Source: Solirubrobacterales bacterium
GTDB lineage: Bacteria; Actinomycetota; Thermoleophilia; Solirubrobacterales; 70-9
Reading direction: 5' to 3'
Assembly: GCA_035701465.1 (NCBI GenBank)
Contig: DASSMU010000238.1
Location: 1-47,978, forward strand
DNA length: 47,978 nt
In this document: piece after piece, positions 24,488-34,456 of the stretch
Layout: each line of letters opens with the position of its first letter
Position numbering within the stretch: the first letter of the stretch is position 1
Notes under the pieces: model-generated
The model's database searches: none
Told to the model about the DNA's origin: nothing
What the model saw: only the letters and a program-made list of their open reading frames with translations
Translations under genes and position numbers: made by a program

Positions 24488-25330
24488 TCAGACGTCCTTC
24501 TCTACTGGGACGCCTACGAGATTCCCCCACTCGGTCCAGGAGCCGTCGTAGTTCTTCACGTCGCCCTGGCCGAGCAGCTCGTGCAGGACGAACCAGGTGT
24601 GGGCCGAGCGCTCGCCGATCCGGCAGTAGGCGATGATCGGCTCGTCGCCGTCGATCACGCCTTTCGACGTGTACAGCTCGCGCAGTTCCTCGGCGGACTT
24701 GAAGGTGCCGTCCTCGTTGACAGCCTGGGCCCACGGCACCGAGGCGGCGCCGGGGATATGGCCCGCGCGCTGGGCGCCCTCCTGCTCGTATCCCGGCATC
24801 GCGATCAGCTCGCCCGAGTACTCCTGCGGGCTGCGCACATCGACCAGGTTGGCCGCGCCGTCGATCGCGCCGAGGACCTCTTCGCGGAAGGCGCGGATCG
24901 AGTTGTCGCCCGGCTGGGCGGTGAAGGTCGCCGGCGCGTAGCCGGGGGGCTCCGTGCTGCTCTCGCGGCCCTCGGCGATCCACTTCTCGCGCGGGCCGTT
25001 GACGAGCTTCACCTTGTCGTGCCCGTAGTAGCGGAAGTACCAGAAGGTGTAGGCAGCGAACCAGTTGTTGCGGTCGCCGTAGAGGACGACGGTGTGGTCG
25101 TTGGAGATGCCGCGGATACCCATCAGGGCGCCGAAGTCCTCCGGGCCAAGGAAGTCTCGCCTGACCTGGTCCTGAAGGTCGACGCGCCAGTCGAAGCCGA
25201 TCGCGCCCGGGATGTGGGACTCGGCGTAGAGAGCCGGATTCTCGTCGACCTCGACGATGCGGATCGAGTCGTCGTCGAGGTGCTGCGCGACCCAATCGGT
25301 CTCGACAAGAACATCCTTGGCGTAGCTCAC
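24488..25330 (-). CDS. Thiosulfate/3-mercaptopyruvate sulfurtransferase (tandem rhodanese)
   Basis: The GTG at 25330 is preceded by GGAGG. Active-site loop CRIGERS. The 116-codon N-terminal extension in the track is R/S-rich and was trimmed. Confidence 0.85.
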   Translation of the reverse strand: MSYAKDVLVETDWVAQHLDDDSIRIVEVDENPALYAESHIPGAIGFDWRVDLQDQVRRDFLGPEDFGALMGIRGISNDHTVVLYGDRNNWFAAYTFWYFRYYGHDKVKLVNGPREKWIAEGRESSTEPPGYAPATFTAQPGDNSIRAFREEVLGAIDGAANLVDVRSPQEYSGELIAMPGYEQEGAQRAGHIPGAASVPWAQAVNEDGTFKSAEELRELYTSKGVIDGDEPIIAYCRIGERSAHTWFVLHELLGQGDVKNYDGSWTEWGNLVGVPVEKDV

Positions 25331-25361
25331 CCACAACCTCCGCTCTCGAAATCGGGGACTC

Positions 25362-25823
25362 CTACCGCAGCTTAGAGAGGTCGATCGGCCGGTCGGCCGC
25401 CTCTCCCACGAACTCGACCGGGATCCGCCAGGTCTCAGAGGCGGCTTCCACCGCCGAGCGGCCCCGGGCCAGGAGCGCCGCGTCGACGGAGCCGCCGGCC
25501 TCGTAGACGAACCGGCGCACCGGCGTTTCGACCAGGCGTTCGAGGAAGCGCTCGAGCCGCGAGCCGTGGATCGCCTCGAGGTCCTCGGCGGGCCCAACCG
25601 CCGAGCCCAGGAGCCAGTACACCGCGGCGACGTCGCCGACGAGTTCGAGCAGAGTCCCCGGCTGCTCGGGGTCGGCAAGGGCCGCCTCCAACCCCGCGGA
25701 CTCGATCGCCGCCAACCCCTCCCGGCGCCTACTCGTCCCTCGCACCGCCCAACCCTCGTCGCGCAGTCTCTGGCCGAGCTCCCGCCCGCGACACCCGCAA
25801 CCCACGATCAGCGCCCGGGCCAC
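25362..25823 (-). CDS. Small NAD(P)-binding Rossmann-fold protein
   Basis: The GTG at 25823 gives VARALIVGCGCRGRELGQRL (GxGxxG). Confidence 0.55.
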   Translation of the reverse strand: MARALIVGCGCRGRELGQRLRDEGWAVRGTSRRREGLAAIESAGLEAALADPEQPGTLLELVGDVAAVYWLLGSAVGPAEDLEAIHGSRLERFLERLVETPVRRFVYEAGGSVDAALLARGRSAVEAASETWRIPVEFVGEAADRPIDLSKLR

Positions 25824-25831
25824 GCAGTCGC

Positions 25832-26125
25832 CTAGATCGCCCGGAAGCCTTTGCGCTGGCGCAGCCTCTCCATCTCCTCGGCCGCCACCTCGTCGCGCAG
25901 CTCCTGCTCGCTGCGCTCGGCCGCACCGCGCCGGCGTCGCATCTCGTTCTGGGCCTCGAGCATCTGCTGCACGTCGTCGATCTCGTTCTGCACCTCGACC
26001 TCGGGCGCGCGGGTCGGCTTCCAGTCGAGCAGTTCGGCGTTGTCGCCGGTGTAGAAATGCTCCATCAAGAACAGGACGCCGACCAGCAACAGCACCATCG
26101 CAACCGTGCCAAGGACGAAGTACAC
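25832..26125 (-). CDS. Small membrane-anchored coiled-coil protein
   Basis: MYFVLGTVAMVLLLVGVLFLM TM segment followed by a charged helical region. Confidence 0.55.
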   Translation of the reverse strand: MYFVLGTVAMVLLLVGVLFLMEHFYTGDNAELLDWKPTRAPEVEVQNEIDDVQQMLEAQNEMRRRRGAAERSEQELRDEVAAEEMERLRQRKGFRAI

Positions 26126-26170
26126 AGGCCAAGGATACGCCGAGCCCGCGCGTCGACTTAAATGCCCCGG

Positions 26171-27373
<1,203 letters not shown>

Positions 27374-27395
27374 CTCGCCAGCAAGTCCGCTTGAT

Positions 27396-28208
27396 TTAGG
27401 ACCCCGAGTCGTCGCCCCACTGCAACTCAAACCCCTGAAAAGGCAAAACCTCTCCAAGGAATGCAAACTCAATTTCACGCCCTTCACTAGTTGACCTATC
27501 CTTCATGTCATCAGAAACCTCGGCGCGCCGATGGTGATTGATCTTGACACTAGCCTTCCCCTCCTCACGTCGATCAAGAATTCGGACTGAAAAGTCGCTG
27601 GAAATATGCTCGACGGTCCAAATCAATCGATCGCGTCGGCGAAAATGGCCAAACGTCTCCACCTCAAAATGAGAGGGCTTACTAGGATGGAACTTGTACA
27701 CCTTGCTGAACTCGACCTTGCCTTCATCTTTCGATATATATAAATCTAGTTCTTTCCCGGTAAGTTCGTTACCGTCGGGCTCCAGGATCGAGAAAAACCC
27801 TCCTCCAGAACCCCATCTCGCGGCGTCCGTATAGAGACTGAACTGGCGGCGCCGATGAACCTTCGCTGACCCAAATACATCGAAGCGGTGTTGGGCTGCG
27901 ACATGCACCTGATCGCCAATGCGCTTTAGCGTGATCTCAAGCGTCTGATTTGCCCGGGTGAGAGAGCTCGCACCTCGGAGTGCCTCAATCGCGTCGCCTA
28001 CGTCGATACCGAATACCTGCCTAGCAATCAGCCAGGATACAAGCGCACTTGCAATAACTGATCCGCCGATTCCTATAAGGATTATGCCTCCAACACTTAC
28101 ACCATGCCGCACAGCACCGTGGGGCGATTCGGAATCAACAACGGCTAGCAGTGAGCCGACTACTAGGATGCCGACACCGGCGAGAAAAACGCGCTGCCAT
28201 GACCGCAT
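27396..28208 (-). CDS. Hypothetical 2-TM membrane protein with a beta-rich soluble domain (low-GC islet)
   Basis: TM segments VFLAGVGILVVGSLLAVV and VGGIILIGIGGSVIASALVSWLIA. No family recognised. A counted line gave about 48% G+C. Confidence 0.6.
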   Translation of the reverse strand: MRSWQRVFLAGVGILVVGSLLAVVDSESPHGAVRHGVSVGGIILIGIGGSVIASALVSWLIARQVFGIDVGDAIEALRGASSLTRANQTLEITLKRIGDQVHVAAQHRFDVFGSAKVHRRRQFSLYTDAARWGSGGGFFSILEPDGNELTGKELDLYISKDEGKVEFSKVYKFHPSKPSHFEVETFGHFRRRDRLIWTVEHISSDFSVRILDRREEGKASVKINHHRRAEVSDDMKDRSTSEGREIEFAFLGEVLPFQGFELQWGDDSGS

Positions 28209-28211
28209 GTG

Positions 28212-28697
28212 CTAGACCTCGAAGTTGCCAAGAGTAATGTGCTTGGCTCGCAGTAGGATAAGCGGGTCAAATACGACGTATTCATTTGAAGTTCCCGCGT
28301 TCGTTGATACCCAAGGTAGAAAGAGCACTTGATGAGTGATGAGGTGAACACCACCCCAGAAAGCAGGATGAAATGGATGCAAGGTGCCTGGAGTAACACC
28401 CATCTGGCGCAATAAGTCTGGGCTCGTCAGCTTCGCCTCGCGGAGGGCGAGCGCATCCTTGACATCACGCAACGATAGGTGTCGATCACCTCTGATATGC
28501 GCAAGAGCGCGCCCCTGATCACAGTCGATCAAAAGGCTCTTGAGCTCGTGTTCCAGCGGGATGCGCTTCGCCGCAGCCGCGCTCTGGCAGGAGATAACGG
28601 GTTTCTCCAATTGGAATCGCAGAAGCCACGAGCTGGGATTTTCTAGCGCGGTGGTCAAATCTCGTCGCCCAATCAGGCAAGCGTATCCGCTGTTCAA
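28212..28697 (-). CDS. YbaK/ProX-like aminoacyl-tRNA deacylase-domain protein (low-GC islet)
   Basis: ELKSLLIDCD...HLSLRDVKDAL...GVTPGTLHPF...STNAGTSNEYVVFDP parallels E. coli YbaK YKTLLVAV...LDLKKVAKAL...GYLVGGISPLG...VSGGKRGLDIEL (from memory). TTG start. It is 3 nt upstream of the 2-TM gene. Confidence 0.5.
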   Translation of the reverse strand: MNSGYACLIGRRDLTTALENPSSWLLRFQLEKPVISCQSAAAAKRIPLEHELKSLLIDCDQGRALAHIRGDRHLSLRDVKDALALREAKLTSPDLLRQMGVTPGTLHPFHPAFWGGVHLITHQVLFLPWVSTNAGTSNEYVVFDPLILLRAKHITLGNFEV

Positions 28698-28814
28698 TGC
28701 TCATGCCGCATGGGTTTCGTGAGTTACGCTCTCGTTTCTCCGACCCTGCCGCTCTTGACGTGCTCCTACCGGCAGTACACGCAGACGCGCTTCACGAGGT
28801 AGCCTCGCGAGCCC

Positions 28815-29606
28815 ATGGAGACGAGACTTCGGGAGTTGGCAAGCGTGGACGGGCGGATCTCGGCCACCTCCGCAGCGGTGGTGCCGCTGCAGGACGACGG
28901 GCTCTACCGGGGCGACGGAGCCTTCGAGGTGATCCGACTCTACGAAGGAAGGCCATTCGCGCTCGACGACCATCTGGACCGGCTGGCGAAATCGACGGCG
29001 ACGATCGAGTTGGAGTTCGACCGAGACGCGTTCGAAAACGAGATCGACGCGCTGCTCGCCGAGTTCGGCCCCATCGACGGGCAGTTGCGGCTGATCGTCA
29101 CCCGCGGCGGCCGGCGGCTGGCGATGACCGAGCCGATCCCGCAGCATCTGGAGAAGATCAGGCTCGCCACCGTCACCTACTGTCCGAGCGTCATCCTCAA
29201 CGGAGTCAAGTCGCTCTCCTACGCGGCCAACATGCAGGCGATCCGGCTCGCTAAAGCCAGCGGCGCCGACGAGGCTGTTCTCGTTCAGCCGGACGGCACC
29301 GTGCTCGAGCCGCCCACCTCATCGATCTTCTGGGTCTCGCCGGAAGGCGGCCTGCGCACGCCGGCGCTCGACAACGGCGTGCTCGAGTCGATCACCCGCG
29401 ACCGCCTGATCAAGACGCTGCACGTCGAAACCGGCACCTGGCCCGTCACTGACCTGCGTGCCACCAGCGAGGCGTTCATAACTTCATCGACCAGAGAGAT
29501 ACAGCCAGTTTCAGCAATCGACGGCGCCGAGCTGCCCTCGCCGCCCGGCCCCCGTACCCGCGAAGCGCAGGAAGCGTTCGCGGAAACGCTCGGAAAGGAG
29601 CTTTGA
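28815..29606 (+). CDS. Class IV aminotransferase (branched-chain/D-amino-acid aminotransferase or aminodeoxychorismate lyase family)
   Basis: LYRGDGAFEVIRLYEGRPFALDDHLDRL and the downstream fold pattern are typical of PLP fold type IV. Confidence 0.8.
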   Translation: METRLRELASVDGRISATSAAVVPLQDDGLYRGDGAFEVIRLYEGRPFALDDHLDRLAKSTATIELEFDRDAFENEIDALLAEFGPIDGQLRLIVTRGGRRLAMTEPIPQHLEKIRLATVTYCPSVILNGVKSLSYAANMQAIRLAKASGADEAVLVQPDGTVLEPPTSSIFWVSPEGGLRTPALDNGVLESITRDRLIKTLHVETGTWPVTDLRATSEAFITSSTREIQPVSAIDGAELPSPPGPRTREAQEAFAETLGKEL

Positions 29607-29607
29607 C

Positions 29608-30768
29608 TTGGACTTCCAGTTGACCGACGAGCAGAGGCTGATCTCCGAAACGGCGCGGGAATTCGCCGACAAGGAGATCACGCCGCGAGTGCGCGAGAAC
29701 GACCGTGCCGGCCGCTTCGACCGCGAGCTGGCGAGCAAGCTGGGCGAGGTCGGCTACCTCGGCGCGCCCGTCTCTGAGACCTACGGCGGCCGCGGCCTCG
29801 ACTACATCGGCTACGGCCTGATCGTCGAACAGGTCGGCCGCGCCGACTCCTCCGCCCTCACCGTCGTCTCGGTGCAGACCTCGCTGGTCGCGGGATCGAT
29901 CGAGAGGTGGGGAACCGAGGAGCAGAAGCAGAAGTGGCTGCCGCGGATGTGCACGGGCGAGGCGCTCGGCTGCTTCGGCCTGACCGAGCCCGACACCGGC
30001 TCCGACGCCGCCAACCTGCGCACCCGCGCGACCAAGACCGACTCCGGCTGGTCGATCAGCGGCCAGAAGATGTGGATCTCGTTGGCCAACTTCTCCGAGG
30101 TGGCGCTGATCTTCGCCCAGACCGACCCGGAGAAGAAGCACAAGGGGCTCGCCTGCTTCCTCGTCCCCACCGACAGCGAGGGCTTCACCACACAGGAGAT
30201 CCACGGCAAGCTCGGCCTGCGCTCCTCCGACACCGGCGAGATCTCGCTCGACAACGTCGGGGTCGGCGAGGACGCGATGCTCGGCGAGATCGGCGACGGC
30301 TTCAAGGTTGCGATGAGCGCCCTCGACAACGGCCGCTACAGCGTCGCCGCCGGCTGCGTCGGCATCTGCGAAGGCTGCGTCGAAGCCTCGGTCGCCTACG
30401 CCAAGGAGCGCAAGCAGTTCGGCGTCCCGCTCGCCCGCTTCCAGCTGGTGCAGGAGATGATCGCCGACATGATCCTCAAGCGCGACGCCTCGCGGATGCT
30501 GGTCTACCGCGCCGGCGTGCTCAAGGACGAAGGCAAGCCGAACACGCTGGAGACCTCGGTGGCGAAGCTCTACGCAACCGAGTCCGCGGTCGAATGCGCC
30601 AACCTGGCGATCCAGGTCCACGGCGGCTCCGGCTACGTCGACGACTACCCGGTCGAGCGCTACTTGCGCGACGCCCGCGTCACCACGCTCTACGAGGGGA
30701 CGTCGCAGATCCAGAAGCTGATCATCGGCCGCGCCGCGACCGGGATCAACGCGATGACGCCCCTATGA
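29608..30768 (+). CDS. Acyl-CoA dehydrogenase
   Basis: GCFGLTEPDTGSDA, QKMWISLA, and C-terminal YEGTSQIQKLIIGR. Confidence 0.9.
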   Translation: MDFQLTDEQRLISETAREFADKEITPRVRENDRAGRFDRELASKLGEVGYLGAPVSETYGGRGLDYIGYGLIVEQVGRADSSALTVVSVQTSLVAGSIERWGTEEQKQKWLPRMCTGEALGCFGLTEPDTGSDAANLRTRATKTDSGWSISGQKMWISLANFSEVALIFAQTDPEKKHKGLACFLVPTDSEGFTTQEIHGKLGLRSSDTGEISLDNVGVGEDAMLGEIGDGFKVAMSALDNGRYSVAAGCVGICEGCVEASVAYAKERKQFGVPLARFQLVQEMIADMILKRDASRMLVYRAGVLKDEGKPNTLETSVAKLYATESAVECANLAIQVHGGSGYVDDYPVERYLRDARVTTLYEGTSQIQKLIIGRAATGINAMTPL

Positions 30769-30837
30769 GCCGAGCGAGCAAGCGTGCATATCTGATTCTT
30801 CGCGCCGCGAGCGAGGCGAATGCTTGATGGGGACGCG

Positions 30838-31608
30838 ATGACCGATCTGGTTCAGGTCTCTAGCGACGGCCACGTCGCCCTGCTCCGGCTCAACCGGCCG
30901 GAGGCGCGCAACGCGCTCTCGCCGGAGCTGATGGAGGATCTGGCAAGCGAGCTGGAGCGCCTCGACCCCGACCCCGAGGTGCGCTGCGTCGTCATCGCCG
31001 GCTCCGAGAAGGTCTTCGCCGCCGGTGCCGACATCAAGGCGATGGCCGAGCGTAGCTTCGCCGAGGCGCTGCGCCACCCGGCTGCGTCCTTCTGGCGACG
31101 CCTTGCGGCGATCAAGACGCCGATGGTCGCTGCCGTCTCCGGCTACGCCCTCGGCGGGGGCTGCGAGCTGGCGCTCGCCTGCGACATGATCGTCGCCGCC
31201 GAGGGGGCCAAGTTCGGCCAGCCCGAGATCAACCTCGGGATCATCCCCGGCGGCGGTGGCACACAGCGGCTGGCCCGGGTACTCGGCAAGCAGCGGGCGA
31301 TGGAGCTGGTGCTGACCGGCCGGCGCTTCGATGCCGAGGAGGCACAGGAGATGGGTCTGGTCAACAAGGTCGTCGCCGACGACGCCTGGCTGGACGAGGC
31401 GATGGCGCTCGCCCGAGCCGTCGCCGAGCAACCCCCGATCGCCTCGCGGCTCGCCAAGCAGGCCGTGCTCGTCGCCGAGGAGACCGCCCTCTCCCCCGGC
31501 ATCGAGAACGAGCGTCGCCTCTACGAGCTGGCGATGGCAACCGAGGACCGCATAGAGGGCATGAACGCCTTCCTCGAGAAGCGCGAACCGAATTTCGAGG
31601 GCAAATGA
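30838..31608 (+). CDS. Enoyl-CoA hydratase (crotonase family)
   Basis: LNRPEARNAL, GADIKAM, AVSGYALGGGCELALACD, GQPEINLGIIPGGGGTQRL. Confidence 0.9.
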   Translation: MTDLVQVSSDGHVALLRLNRPEARNALSPELMEDLASELERLDPDPEVRCVVIAGSEKVFAAGADIKAMAERSFAEALRHPAASFWRRLAAIKTPMVAAVSGYALGGGCELALACDMIVAAEGAKFGQPEINLGIIPGGGGTQRLARVLGKQRAMELVLTGRRFDAEEAQEMGLVNKVVADDAWLDEAMALARAVAEQPPIASRLAKQAVLVAEETALSPGIENERRLYELAMATEDRIEGMNAFLEKREPNFEGK

Positions 31609-32849
31609 CCGCCGACGGGACGAAATCCGCACCTATAGGGGGTGATTTCGGCCCATCGACCCCGGTCTTGCGGGTTGGTGTGGTGGGGGCGGGAACGATG
31701 GGGGCTGGGATCGCCCAGGTCGCTGCGCTCGGGGGCTATGAGACGCGGCTGCACGATCCCGTGCCCGAGGCGCTCGAAGCAGCCAACGACCGGCTGCACC
31801 GAGCGCTCGCCAAGGGCGCGGCGAAGGGACTCTGGAGCGAAGAGGAAGCCGATGCCGCGGGAGCCCGCGTCGGCGCCGCCGCCAGCCTCGCCGACCTGGG
31901 CGAATGCGACCTCGTGGTCGAGGCGGCGCCCGAGGACCTGAGTCTGAAGCGCGACCTCTTCGCCGCTCTCGCCGACGCCTGCGGCCCGCAAGCGATCCTC
32001 GCCAGCAACACCTCCTCGCTGCCGGTGACGGCGATCGCCGAAGGGGTTCCGCACCCCGAGCGGGTCGTCGGCATGCACTTCTTCAACCCGCCGGCGCTGA
32101 TGAAGCTGGTCGAGGTGGTTGCCACCGCCGAGTCCTCCTCGGCGGCGCTCGAGGCGACGACCGAGGTCGGCGTGCGCATGGGCCGCACGCCGATCCGGGC
32201 CAAGGACAGCCCCGGCTTCATCGCCAACCGCCTCGCCCGGCCCTTCACCCTGGAGTCGCTGCGGATGCTCGCCGACGGGGTCGCCGACGCCGACACGATC
32301 GACCGCATCTGCAGGATCGGCGGTGGCTTCAAGATGGGCCCGTTCGAGTTGATCGACCTGATCGGCCTCGACGTCAACCTCAGCGTCGCCCGCTCCTTCT
32401 ACGCACAGGGCGGCGAGCCGGAGCGCTGGCGGCCGAGCGCGATCCAGGAAGAGCTGGTTGCCGCGGGGCGGCTCGGACGCAAGGGCGGCCATGGCTTCTA
32501 CGAGTACGGCGAGGGCGCCCACCGCGAGCGCGACCCGAATCTCGGGATCGAGGCGCCAACCGTCGACCCGGATGAGCTGGCGAAGATCGACCCCGCCGCG
32601 CCCGAGGTCCTCCCCCGCTTGCTGGCCCAGATCGCCAACGAGGCCGCCTTCGCGCTCGAAGAGGAGGTCGGCTCGCCCGCGGACATGGACACCGCGATGC
32701 GCCTCGGCTTCAACTGGCCGCGGGGGCCGCTGGAGCTCACCGAGCTGATCGGCCCCGGCCGGGCAGCGACGTTGCTCGAGAAACTGCGGGGAGAGCACGG
32801 CGACGCCTACCTCCCCGCCCCGACACTCGCCGCAGCTTCGAAGCGATAG
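31605..32849 (+). CDS. 3-hydroxyacyl-CoA dehydrogenase
   Basis: VGVVGAGTMGAGIA Rossmann motif, SNTSSL, HFFNPP and PGFIANRL. The ATG overlaps the crotonase TGA. Confidence 0.9.
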   Translation: MTADGTKSAPIGGDFGPSTPVLRVGVVGAGTMGAGIAQVAALGGYETRLHDPVPEALEAANDRLHRALAKGAAKGLWSEEEADAAGARVGAAASLADLGECDLVVEAAPEDLSLKRDLFAALADACGPQAILASNTSSLPVTAIAEGVPHPERVVGMHFFNPPALMKLVEVVATAESSSAALEATTEVGVRMGRTPIRAKDSPGFIANRLARPFTLESLRMLADGVADADTIDRICRIGGGFKMGPFELIDLIGLDVNLSVARSFYAQGGEPERWRPSAIQEELVAAGRLGRKGGHGFYEYGEGAHRERDPNLGIEAPTVDPDELAKIDPAAPEVLPRLLAQIANEAAFALEEEVGSPADMDTAMRLGFNWPRGPLELTELIGPGRAATLLEKLRGEHGDAYLPAPTLAAASKR

Positions 32850-34133
32850 CTACAGACGGCTCGTCTCGCCGCCGGGCGGAAGCGTCTCCCGCACACGATG
32901 GGCCAGCGCAACCGCCATCGCCCCATCGCCGACCGCGCCGCCGACGCGGCGAGGGGCTCCGTAGCGCACGTCGCCAGCGGCAAAGAGGCCGGGGATGCTT
33001 GTCTCCAGCGCCAGCGGATCGCGCTCGAGCGGCCACTCCTCGGGGCGCGTGCCTTCGTGGATCAGGTCGGGACCGGTGAGGATGAACCCGGCCGGTCCGA
33101 CCCGGACGCCGGTCTCCTCCGCCCAGCCGGTGCAGGGCCGGCCACCGATGCAGAGGAAGAGTGCCTTTGTGGAGAGGCGCTCGACCGTGCCGTCGGCGTC
33201 GCGAACGTGCACCGAGGCGAGCAGGCCGTCCTCGTCGGCTTCGACCGCGGCGACCTCGCTGCGCAGGCGCACGGAAATGCCAGGGTGGGCCTCGATCCGC
33301 TCGACCAGGTACGCGGACATCGACTTGGCCAGCGAGCTGCCTCGAACCAGCATCGTCACCCGGGCGCCGGAGTCGCCCAGGTTCATCACCGCCTGCCCGG
33401 CCGAGTTGCCGGCGCCGACGACGATCACGTCGTCTCCCCCGCACTGCGTCGCCTCGCTGCGCCCCGCCCCGTAGTAGACGCCGCGACCGAGCAGGTCGTG
33501 CACTCCGTCCACCTCCAGCCGCCGCCACTCCATGCCCGGCGCGACGATCACCAGCGGCGCCTCGACCCGGTGGCCGCCCTCGACCTCCAGCTCGAAGCAG
33601 CCGGCGCCGTCATGGCGGCTGTTCGCGAGTCCGCGCAGGAGGACCAGCTCGGCGCCGAAACGTTCGGCCTGACGGCCGGCCCGGCGCGCCAGCTCGGCGC
33701 CGCCGATCCCGTCGGGAAAGCCGAAGAAGTTCTCGATCATCGAGGTGTGCGAGGCCTGGCCCCCGGGGACCTCGCGCTCCAAGACCACCGTGGAGAGGCC
33801 GTCGGAGGCCGCGTACACGGCGGCGGCGAGACCGGCCGGGCCGGCGCCGACGATCGCGATGTCGTAGGAGGACTGCGACGGCGGCGCTCCCTCGCCCCAC
33901 GACGCGGCGACGTTGGCGACGGTTGCGGGCGCGATCACGACCTCGCCGTCGACCAGAACCGGCAACTCGGCGCCGGCGGCGCCATGCGCGGCCAGCAACT
34001 CGTCGGCCTCCGGCGCACCCGCCTCGAACCACTCGAAGGGCTGCGCAGCGCGGGTGAGGAAGTCGCGCAGATTGTGATCGGCGCTCTCCAGGCGCCGGCC
34101 GACGACCTTGACATCGGGTCGAACCGGGCTCAT
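32850..34133 (-). CDS. Thioredoxin-reductase-like flavoprotein lacking the redox CxxC, with an N-terminal thioredoxin-fold-like extension
   Basis: IVGAGPAGLAAAVYA and VVGAGNSAGQA dinucleotide motifs. The region equivalent to CATC reads GRSEATQCGG, with a single Cys. The ATG at 34133 overlaps the upstream TGA. Confidence 0.75.
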   Translation of the reverse strand: MSPVRPDVKVVGRRLESADHNLRDFLTRAAQPFEWFEAGAPEADELLAAHGAAGAELPVLVDGEVVIAPATVANVAASWGEGAPPSQSSYDIAIVGAGPAGLAAAVYAASDGLSTVVLEREVPGGQASHTSMIENFFGFPDGIGGAELARRAGRQAERFGAELVLLRGLANSRHDGAGCFELEVEGGHRVEAPLVIVAPGMEWRRLEVDGVHDLLGRGVYYGAGRSEATQCGGDDVIVVGAGNSAGQAVMNLGDSGARVTMLVRGSSLAKSMSAYLVERIEAHPGISVRLRSEVAAVEADEDGLLASVHVRDADGTVERLSTKALFLCIGGRPCTGWAEETGVRVGPAGFILTGPDLIHEGTRPEEWPLERDPLALETSIPGLFAAGDVRYGAPRRVGGAVGDGAMAVALAHRVRETLPPGGETSRL

Positions 34134-34318
34134 CAGCGGGCGAGGCGGAACATCAGCTGGTCCTCGTAGCACCAGCTCCAGTCCTCGCCAGGCTCGACCG
34201 AGCGGATCACCGGGTGGCCGGTCTCGGCGTTGTGGGCAGTGGCGTGCTTGCCCTCGGAGTTGTCGCAGCAGCCGATGTGACCGCAGTCCTGGCACATGCG
34301 CAGGTGCACCCAGCTCAT
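34133..34318 (-). CDS. UBP-type zinc-finger protein (true 5' end probably upstream, at or before 34408)
   Basis: WVHLRMCQDCGHIGCCDNSEGKHATAHNAETGHPV matches zf-UBP. The first CxxC of the domain (GCEEC) is encoded in frame upstream of the first ATG. Confidence 0.7.
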   Translation of the reverse strand: MSWVHLRMCQDCGHIGCCDNSEGKHATAHNAETGHPVIRSVEPGEDWSWCYEDQLMFRLAR

Positions 34319-34456
34319 CCCCAGCTTCAGGCACTCCTCGCAGCCGGCGATCTCAACCGGGGGGTCGAAGATCTGGATCGAGCGGATGTGCGAGCAGGAC
34401 GGGGCCGTGCGCCCACCTTAGCTCAAGCAATCGCGCCTCTCGGCCGATGCGAAAGC

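Noticed and set aside
25331-25678. 116-codon N-terminal extension of the rhodanese ORF
   Set aside because: It is low-complexity and Arg/Ser-rich. The GTG at 25330 has a GGAGG SD and gives the usual rhodanese N-terminus (SYAKDVLVETDWV).
32850-34334. Single 494-aa ORF spanning the TrxR-like gene and the zinc-finger region
   Set aside because: The first 67 codons are R/P-rich and overlap the zf-UBP gene in another frame. The internal ATG at 34133 gives a sensible N-terminus and overlaps the upstream stop.
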